Shown: piece by piece, positions 8,576 through 16,260 of the stretch
Layout of the letters: each line of letters opens with the position of its first letter
Numbering within the stretch: the stretch's first letter is position 1
Origin: a bacterium
GTDB taxonomy: Bacteria; Patescibacteriota; Dojkabacteria; B142; OLB20
DNA: 64,000 nt
Direction of reading: 5' to 3'
NCBI GenBank assembly: GCA_021463645.1
Contig: JAJTYI010000005.1
Location: 680 to 64,679 of the forward strand
Program-made: the position numbers and the translations under genes
The notes under the pieces: generated by a model
The model's input: the letters and a program-made list of their open reading frames with translations, nothing else
Told to the model about the DNA's origin: nothing
Databases searched by the model: none

Positions 8576-9288
8576 GGCTCACCTCCTTCTTCCTCTTCCA
8601 TAATTGTAGGTGCTTCATAGACAGTATCAGCATGATTACCATAACCTCTTTCTCTTTTGCCTTTTGCCAAATTAGATAAATCAGTTATAACATCCCTGAA
8701 CCAGCTTGGACTTGGCAAGGAAAGCAAGTTGAATTTAGCTTTCTCAGCAGCCGTTTGAACAAGCACATCACCATAATCAAAAAACGATGGTAAAAATCCG
8801 ATTATGTGAGTTGAAACATCTTCGATATTGACTAGTGCAGCTTCGGCAACAAATTTCCCTGTAAACACTCTGAAATCCACATGTAGAATTCTGAGATTAG
8901 TTACTAGATATACATCAAAATACCAGTCGAGGAAATTAGCTAATGCATATGAAACAGCTAATGAATAATAAAATAACACTATCATTAACCAATTAGAGAC
9001 AGGCAACAAGTCACTAATCTCGATTGGGGGGATTCCTCTGGATGTTAAGACTGAATTGAAGAACATCACTAAAATCGTAAGAACAATTGGGGCTAATAAA
9101 CCTACGAAAAATCGAATAACCCATCCCACATTAACTGCAATGTGACTTCTCATCAAGATATAGATACTTTCACCTGGATCTTGCGAATTGAAAGAAACAT
9201 GTTCTGGATATACCTGAAGTGCTCCAAGAGATTTGCGTTCTCTTTTTGGTAATATAGTGGACAGACTGTCCGGAATTCTTGGAGGCAT
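8572..9288 (-). CDS. Membrane protein with bacterial PH (YdbS/YdbT, DUF304-like) domain
   Basis: 238 aa. Two TM helices followed by YLVTNLRILHVDFRVFTGKF...IEDVSTHIIGFLPSFFDYGDVLVQTA, the typical bPH_2 pattern. Confidence 0.45.
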   Translation of the reverse strand: MPPRIPDSLSTILPKRERKSLGALQVYPEHVSFNSQDPGESIYILMRSHIAVNVGWVIRFFVGLLAPIVLTILVMFFNSVLTSRGIPPIEISDLLPVSNWLMIVLFYYSLAVSYALANFLDWYFDVYLVTNLRILHVDFRVFTGKFVAEAALVNIEDVSTHIIGFLPSFFDYGDVLVQTAAEKAKFNLLSLPSPSWFRDVITDLSNLAKGKRERGYGNHADTVYEAPTIMEEEEGGEP

Positions 9289-9360
9289 ATAGAATAGTGA
9301 TTAAACAGTAAATTCTAACAACGTGGGGAATAAAAGTCTATCAAATTTCAATCTTTAGGA

Positions 9361-11154
9361 TTACTCTTTCTTTTGGAAATTCCAAGTAAGGCTGTTGATG
9401 TAGTCGTACTGTCCTGAAGGGCTTTTTTCAGAGATCCAGGTGTTCCAAATAGCTTTAAAATACCAGCCTGCCATGTTGATGCTACCCTTGTCACCCTGTA
9501 GTGTTACGAACTTCACTCGCCCAGATGGGTCTTTCGCGAAACTTAAGCTCGAAATATTACCGACAGTGTTTACAGTTCTAATTGAGTGTGTATTTGCAGG
9601 ATTTGAAGCTGCGTGTTTAACCATGTCGTTAATTTGCCCCATGCTATATCCGTTTGTTCTCCATTGCCAATTTGTCCAATGCGTTTTTTCTGCATGTTGA
9701 TTATCATTCACACTCCTTAAGTATGCATATACAGTGCCTTGTCCATAAACGTTTGACCAAACGGTATCGTTGTTGGCGGTACCCATTCCTTGATTATTAT
9801 CTGAAGAATATACAGCTGTTATCAAATTCCCATTGTGTTTAATTACTTTATTCTTTGTCTGCAATGTCACATCGAGGTCACCATCATGGAAGAAGTCATT
9901 ATCGTTCCCACCATCTTTTAGGTAATTTACTTGACAACTTTGAGTTAAACATATTGGTCTATCTTCACTTCCATTATTAGTATAGTTTACAGCATATGTT
10001 CTAGCACCAATCAGTTGCGCTTTCCTAGCTTCAAGAGGCCAACTTTCAGGCATTTCACCAAGCCCTCCTAGGTAATCATCAAAACCCACTCTTTTCTTTA
10101 CGGAGTTCGGACAAGGTGGAGTCTTCGTAGTGGCTTCTCCAGGACAATAAATAATCCAAATATGAGTATTGATTGGATAATCAACCACTTCAACGCCAGT
10201 ATAATATAGTTTTAAGATTTGTTCGGCACTCCAACCTGCATTTGCATATCCTTTAGCTCCATATTGGGACATTCCAACACCGTGACCTTGCCCCATCTTC
10301 CACTCCTCGTCCTTATAACACTTTTCTCTGTCACATCCTTGTCCACTAAAATAAAACTGTCCACTGGTAATATCTAGTGTTCCGGCAGGACCGTCTCCTT
10401 TAGTTGCTTGTTTCTCTAAATTTTGCAGAGCTTGTTGTTCAGCAGATATTAAACTAATTTTTTGTTTAATATTTCCGACACTTGATTTAGCCGAAGCGAT
10501 GTTTGAATCAATTTGTGAAATCTGCTTTTCAAGAGAGGCTTTTCGCGCGGTGAGCTCAGTATTGTCGGTTGCCAGTTTGTCGATTTGCACTTTATATTCT
10601 TCGTTTGATTTAGTTAGTGTTTCGAGTTCAGATGTAAGTCCTTTGATGGAATTCTTTGATACCTCAGTAACGTAATCATAGTAAATCGCATTCTTTAATA
10701 CATCGTTACCACCTAAAACTAAAGTAGTATCGTCTTGAGTCTTCCATGAGATATACGATGTAGCTATTTGAATATCTTGAAGTCTCTCGGTTTCTTCTTT
10801 CTCAAGTGATTTAAGACCAATTTCCTTTTCAAGTTGTGCTTGAGTAAGTTTATTCACCTCTAACTGCGACTCGATTTCAGCTAATTCCGCCTTAATACGA
10901 TCGATTTCATTCAGTGAGGATGATTTCTTGTAAATATTAGACTTTAAGGTTTGCTCTGCTTTTTTCAAGTCCGCATTTAAAGCATCAAGTTCTTTTTGTT
11001 TTTCGGTTTTTTCTTGTGTAATCTCATCCGCAGTCCTAGCATACAGAACCACAGGATGCATGATTGCCAATAATGTGAAAATTATTACAAAAGAAGTTAG
11101 TAACTTTTGAGCAGGTTTAATTATCGCGTACATAATATATTGTACTATATTCAC
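9361..11154 (-). CDS. SpoIID/LytB-domain cell-wall protein with N-terminal anchor and long coiled coil
   Basis: 597 aa. N-terminal hydrophobic anchor, about 200 aa of heptad-like coiled coil, then the GQGHGVGMSQYGAKGYA signature of the SpoIID/LytB domain. Confidence 0.75.
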   Translation of the reverse strand: MNIVQYIMYAIIKPAQKLLTSFVIIFTLLAIMHPVVLYARTADEITQEKTEKQKELDALNADLKKAEQTLKSNIYKKSSSLNEIDRIKAELAEIESQLEVNKLTQAQLEKEIGLKSLEKEETERLQDIQIATSYISWKTQDDTTLVLGGNDVLKNAIYYDYVTEVSKNSIKGLTSELETLTKSNEEYKVQIDKLATDNTELTARKASLEKQISQIDSNIASAKSSVGNIKQKISLISAEQQALQNLEKQATKGDGPAGTLDITSGQFYFSGQGCDREKCYKDEEWKMGQGHGVGMSQYGAKGYANAGWSAEQILKLYYTGVEVVDYPINTHIWIIYCPGEATTKTPPCPNSVKKRVGFDDYLGGLGEMPESWPLEARKAQLIGARTYAVNYTNNGSEDRPICLTQSCQVNYLKDGGNDNDFFHDGDLDVTLQTKNKVIKHNGNLITAVYSSDNNQGMGTANNDTVWSNVYGQGTVYAYLRSVNDNQHAEKTHWTNWQWRTNGYSMGQINDMVKHAASNPANTHSIRTVNTVGNISSLSFAKDPSGRVKFVTLQGDKGSINMAGWYFKAIWNTWISEKSPSGQYDYINSLTWNFQKKE

Positions 11155-11178
11155 AAGCTAGATTGAATATGTTTGGAA

Positions 11179-13344
11179 TTAACCCCTAACAGGCAAAACT
11201 ATAGTATTCCCCCAATCCGAATAATCGAAGTCGTTCGTGAAAAGAATTACTTGATGTTGTTTTGCAATTTCAGTTACAACTTCACGAAGTGATTCTTTTC
11301 TATTCGCGTCAGCAGTAACAAATGGATCATCAAGAATAATCGGGATATTTCTATTTTCAGTTATAAGCTTCAGAAAACCGAGCCTCACTAAGAAATATAT
11401 TTGATCAATTGTCCCCCGAGACAGTTCTTTAATTGGATCAACCCAATCATTTTTTTCGCTCGAGTATACTTGGATAGTCAAGTCTGGTTTAACCTGAATT
11501 TTTGTATAATGGTTCAAAGTGATTTTTCCAAGCTTTTCACTAATCGTTTTTTCTAAGATTTTGTTTGCCAATTTCGAAACTTCAATTACAGCTTCCTGCA
11601 TCGTAGAGATAGTTAATTGTAAAACTTTCTGTTTTTGAATTAGATCAGACATATTTTTCTTAGAATTTTCTAACTCTTCTTCTAGGGATACGATTTCAGA
11701 ATACTCGACATTACTATCAGAGACTCGTGTCATAGAAGCTACTAGCTCTTCTTTAAGATTACTTTGCTGAATTTCGAGTTTGTCCAATTCACGACTTTTT
11801 TCAAGATATTTCTCAGGACTTAATTGCGAATTCAAGACTTTTTCTGTAAGTACATTTGTTTCTAATTCTTTTTTGGAATACAACAGTTCAAGTTGTTGTT
11901 TTTTTACTTTTTCAATCCCCTCTCCACCCAAGACAACTTTACGTTGAGAAAGTAAGTCGGAATACTTTGTTTTTATCGAAACGTAATTAGCTTTTAATGA
12001 ATAAAATTGATTTGCGTCATCTACGTCATACTTTGCTAATACGGTATATAGTTCATCTTGACCAGTTTTGATTCTCGTTTTTAGTTGATTTTCCAATTTA
12101 GTCATAGAATCCTCATATGACTTATTCGGAAAAATATCATTACTTTTGGAACTTAATTTCCCCCAAAGGAAAATTGCTATATTAACAAAAATGCCAAGGA
12201 TGAAAATTATCAACGGAATAAATACACCTTCCTGAGTTAAGAATGCAAAAATTGTTAATACTAGAAATACTAGAAATACAATTAGATGACCCGCAAGAAC
12301 AACAGGGAATTTCCTTTCATTAGTCGTTTTTATTGGCTCAAGATTCTGCTGATTGATTCCACTCTCCTCTCCGACATTCTGCAACTCTTTTTCAGCTATT
12401 TTAATGGACTGTTCTAAACCAATTATTGTTTTCAGGTCATTTTCAAGTTGTGGATTTTCGAATTTCGAATACTTCTCGCTTTCCTCTTTTAATTGTTCAA
12501 TCTCCTGAGTTAATCTATCTACTTTCTGTAATCTGTCTTCAATAGATTTTATTTCATCGACAATCTTTGCCAAGTTTGCTTTTCCTTCCTTTGCAACTTT
12601 GTAATTCTCCAATAGCTCTTCAATTTCTTTTATTTTGGTAGTAACCTTATCCAGTTCACTTCCCGATTCATCTTGTGAATTAGATGCTGATTGCCTTTTC
12701 TCCCATTGTGACTTCTTATCCTTTAAGTAATCAGAGATCTTTTGAATCCTGTCCTGCTGTAATTTTATAGGACCTGGATTGTTGGCTGGTCTCTCCAAAC
12801 CTCTGGTTAGTGAAGCAAGTTCAGATTGTAAATTTTTAATAATTTTCTGCACTCCACTTTGACCTCCGGAAGATGGTGACATATCAGTTATCTCGTGCAA
12901 CAAATCATCGCTAGAATCTACTAGCGCAACATCACCCTGATTTATAAATGCTGTTTTTCTATATATTTGTTCGGACGACACCCCAATTATTTTCTTCAGG
13001 TTCTCCAAGCTTTCTTTGTAGGTATCGACTTGTTTTTTGGTGTCCAGATTCTTTAATACTATGGTTTTCTTTTGGAAATCTTTGCTTAATGTAAACACGG
13101 ATTGCAATGCATGAAAAGTCATCTCAAGTTCTGGCATATGACTAGTTCCCCATGATTTTCTTGTATTGACGAAACTTACTGCTTTTGTTGCCGGATCTAC
13201 ATAGAGCAAATCCATAATCGCCTGAGCAAGTGTTGATTTTCCAGCTTCGTTATCACCTACAATGACATTCACACCAGGATCAAACTCTAGTGAGAGATCT
13301 TTGAATTTTTTATATTTTTCAATTTTTATGTTTTTTATTTTCAT
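11179..13344 (-). CDS. SbcC/Rad50-like AAA ATPase of the YhaN type (TM hairpin inside the coiled coil)
   Basis: 721 aa. N-terminal VIVGDNEAGKSTL (Walker A), long coiled coils, C-terminal PIILDDPF (Walker B/D-loop region). Central hydrophobic segments VVLAGHLIVFLVFLVLTIFAFL and FIPLIIFILGIFVNIAIFLWG. Overlaps the upstream phosphoesterase gene by 1 nt (TAATG). Confidence 0.7.
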   Translation of the reverse strand: MKIKNIKIEKYKKFKDLSLEFDPGVNVIVGDNEAGKSTLAQAIMDLLYVDPATKAVSFVNTRKSWGTSHMPELEMTFHALQSVFTLSKDFQKKTIVLKNLDTKKQVDTYKESLENLKKIIGVSSEQIYRKTAFINQGDVALVDSSDDLLHEITDMSPSSGGQSGVQKIIKNLQSELASLTRGLERPANNPGPIKLQQDRIQKISDYLKDKKSQWEKRQSASNSQDESGSELDKVTTKIKEIEELLENYKVAKEGKANLAKIVDEIKSIEDRLQKVDRLTQEIEQLKEESEKYSKFENPQLENDLKTIIGLEQSIKIAEKELQNVGEESGINQQNLEPIKTTNERKFPVVLAGHLIVFLVFLVLTIFAFLTQEGVFIPLIIFILGIFVNIAIFLWGKLSSKSNDIFPNKSYEDSMTKLENQLKTRIKTGQDELYTVLAKYDVDDANQFYSLKANYVSIKTKYSDLLSQRKVVLGGEGIEKVKKQQLELLYSKKELETNVLTEKVLNSQLSPEKYLEKSRELDKLEIQQSNLKEELVASMTRVSDSNVEYSEIVSLEEELENSKKNMSDLIQKQKVLQLTISTMQEAVIEVSKLANKILEKTISEKLGKITLNHYTKIQVKPDLTIQVYSSEKNDWVDPIKELSRGTIDQIYFLVRLGFLKLITENRNIPIILDDPFVTADANRKESLREVVTEIAKQHQVILFTNDFDYSDWGNTIVLPVRG

Positions 13345-14459
13345 TATTTGTTTTGCAAGTGGCGTACACCGAGCTGTATCGCTTCGTCAATTATTTTATT
13401 CTGAGAATAATCCTCACCTTTTTTCAACTCAAGTAATCGAATATATTTCCCAATTAAAAATTCCTCAGGATAATCATCAAGTTCATCTTGGGACAATTCT
13501 AATTTTGATGTATCTTTTAGTTTGAGATAGTAAATCTTGTCTTTAAGAATTTCAAAGATTTCCTCTGTGCGAAAAGATGACTTCAGATTTCGAAGACCAG
13601 TTAAAGTTAATTCGACAAATTTCTTATCAATATCTTTAAGTGCTAATTCTCGAATTTTTTGATTTATTTCGTTAAGGGTTTTCAATCCAGTGACATCAAG
13701 GTTAACTTTTAATACATCAATGCTTCCGACCTTGGTCTCTTTGACATTTACTGCACCATCTATTACAACTTCTAGAACATTACCACAACCAGCTTGATCA
13801 ATATTTATCAATTCTGGAGATCCTGAATACCAAACTGCAGGTTTATCTAATATCTTTTTTGTACTATGCCAGTCACCCAATGCTACATAATCAAATCCTA
13901 CAGATTTTAGTTTAGAAAGTTCTAATGGATTATTTGTGTTGTCATTACCCATCTCAACAGAACCATGTAAAAGCGCGACGTTATATTTCGTTCTGTTGGA
14001 TTTTGAAATTTTATCTAATGGTGATGAGTTGTCTTTTTGTTTAGTTAAAGAGACTCCATGAACAGTCAGATCAAGTGCAGGAATTTCCCATGTAGTTTTA
14101 TTAGGTTGATTGAATATCTGAATATATTCAGGATTCAACTTTTGATAACTATTATCTAAATAAACCGAGGCTTGTTCAAGCCTATCATGATTTCCAGCAA
14201 TTATTGCAACATATATTTTATTGTCGACTAATTTATTGAGTTATTCGAAAACAGCTATTTTTACTTTTTCACTCGGAAATGGTGTGTCAAAAAGGTCTCC
14301 TGCAATTAAAAAAATGTCAAATTTTTCAGAAATAATTTTCTCAATAATTTTGCTAAAAGTTTGTAATTGCAACTTCCGATGAGCATCAGCCTTCTCACCA
14401 AGAAACGCTAATCCCGCTTCCAGGTGGACATCTGAGGTGTGAAGTAGTTTTATGGGCAT
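13344..14459 (-). pseudogene. SbcD/Mre11-family (YhaO-like) metallophosphoesterase interrupted by one in-frame TAA (14241-14243)
   Basis: The ORF-track pieces 14241..14459 and 13344..14138 are in the same frame. The 102 nt between them translate without a stop as LNKLVDNKIYVAIIAGNHDRLEQASVYLDNSYQK. All phosphoesterase motifs are present across the stop: SDVHL, GDLFD | GNHD, LLHG, GDWH. Confidence 0.7.
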
Positions 14460-14584
14460 GGGTTAGTAACTATAATAAAGTTTGCATTAAATTATAGCTT
14501 ACCATAAATCATTCTACACCTTGAAATCATAGGAAATTTTATATTTTTATCTTTTGCTGTTTATCAAAAGCAGGACACATTGAC

Positions 14585-15283
14585 TTATGAATCTAATTTC
14601 GCACACAATACAAAAGCTTGTCCTGCATATGCACTATCTGTAGAGAATGTATTAAAACCAAGTGCAGTTAAATCTTCTATCCATTCATCAGAAGTTCTTT
14701 TTAGCGCACCTTCAGATAGTGATTTTTGTTGAATTAAGAATTCTCGATTTCTTATTAAATCACCTACTAATGTTAGTAAATCGGTTAATCTTCCTCCTCT
14801 CAAATTCCATTCTTCTTTAATGATTTTATTGTTATTAGCGTTTGGTATTGGATTTGTAATAATTATCTGCCCACCTGGCTTTAAAACTCTTCTTATTTGA
14901 GGCAGAATATCTCTTTTTAATTGTTCTTGTGTAAAATTATATAAGAAATTCGTTGCCAAGACTATAGATACCGAGGATGACGCTATAGGCAACCCCCCAT
15001 CAAGGACATTAACTTGTAACAAATTATTGTTTCCTTCTCTACTTGCAGCTTCATTAAGCATTCCCTTGCTTAAATCCATCCCGATATAATTATATCCCAT
15101 TCCTTCTATTGGTAGTTTAATTGTAGAGAGTCCAGATCCCAAATCTAATACAAACATATTACCTTCATTAGGTAATGGAACGAAACTTAGGACTTTCTCA
15201 TATAACCTAATTTTTCCTAATAATCCGTCCTCCATTTCTCTGTAGGAAGATACAAACTTTGGGTCTCCCCATACATCTAACAT
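14585..15283 (-). CDS. Class I SAM-dependent methyltransferase
   Basis: 232 aa. Motif I VLDLGSGLS, post-I acidic residue (GMDLS), and LKPGGQIIITN. Confidence 0.75.
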   Translation of the reverse strand: MLDVWGDPKFVSSYREMEDGLLGKIRLYEKVLSFVPLPNEGNMFVLDLGSGLSTIKLPIEGMGYNYIGMDLSKGMLNEAASREGNNNLLQVNVLDGGLPIASSSVSIVLATNFLYNFTQEQLKRDILPQIRRVLKPGGQIIITNPIPNANNNKIIKEEWNLRGGRLTDLLTLVGDLIRNREFLIQQKSLSEGALKRTSDEWIEDLTALGFNTFSTDSAYAGQAFVLCAKLDS

Positions 15284-15368
15284 TCTCGTTATGTAATATA
15301 TATATATAAGATTATATCATGGATTCCTATTACATAATGGTATATATATGTTATAATTAATCGGTAAA

Positions 15369-16172
15369 ATGAATAGTATGGACTCAGTTTTTGGAGAAAC
15401 ACCAACGCTTCAAGATGTTATCGTTAGACACAAGAAGGAACAAGTCCTGATATGTCCTTACGACCCCAAATTGCAAATCACTACAAACATTTCGTTGTCC
15501 GATTTGATAGATGCAGGATATAGTAGATTCCAAGCAACACGAGATGTTCTACCCCCAACATTAAATGGTGAAGGAGAAGGGTTAGATCATTATGTATTCA
15601 TATATAAGTCCCCTGATGAAGGTGTTCTCGGTACACTTTCATTAATGTATTCAAAAGGAGTGAAGACAGGGATAGATCGTTTCTTTGAACCCATGGATCC
15701 CAATTCAAATGTTCAGGATTTGGTGAAACAAACGACAAACTTACTTCCTCCTTTCGTAACAATTGGTCGCCTGACAATTGCTAAAAATTTAACCGGCAAT
15801 CCTGCAAATTTAAAAGTAAAACAAGATGGATCAGCATTTATGCATTTGTCAAATGCGGCAGCACACCATGTCGAAAGTTCCTTAGGTCACCCAAGTAGTG
15901 GGGTTATGATTGCAAGACCCGGACTAATTAAAATCCTAAATCAACAAAATTTAAGATTTTTACCAGTTCAAGGACTCAAAGGGGTTAATGATCCTGAATT
16001 GAATGTCTACAAGGAATTTTACTCTAGATATTGGTTGTTAAGAGGAGGACCATCAGTTTATGCAACATCATCATCAGATATAATTAATGCTACTGAAGAG
16101 TACGTCAACGGCGGGAACATGACAAGGAAAAGAATAATGGCAAAAACAATGTTTCGTATGATATTTTCCTGA
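15369..16172 (+). CDS. Hypothetical protein, possibly a GNAT-fold N-acyltransferase (N-acyl amino acid synthase-like)
   Basis: 267 aa. The spacing pattern GTLSLMY...VTIGRLTIAK...GVMIARPGLIKILNQQNLRFLPV loosely resembles FeeM/autoinducer-synthase-like acyltransferases. The evidence is weak. Confidence 0.3.
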   Translation: MNSMDSVFGETPTLQDVIVRHKKEQVLICPYDPKLQITTNISLSDLIDAGYSRFQATRDVLPPTLNGEGEGLDHYVFIYKSPDEGVLGTLSLMYSKGVKTGIDRFFEPMDPNSNVQDLVKQTTNLLPPFVTIGRLTIAKNLTGNPANLKVKQDGSAFMHLSNAAAHHVESSLGHPSSGVMIARPGLIKILNQQNLRFLPVQGLKGVNDPELNVYKEFYSRYWLLRGGPSVYATSSSDIINATEEYVNGGNMTRKRIMAKTMFRMIFS

Positions 16173-16260
16173 TACTGCAATCTTCACAATCAAAGTATTT
16201 AGAATCGTTTCCTTTGTATCGAATTTTCTGAAATAATAAAAACTATAATGTATTTCAATT

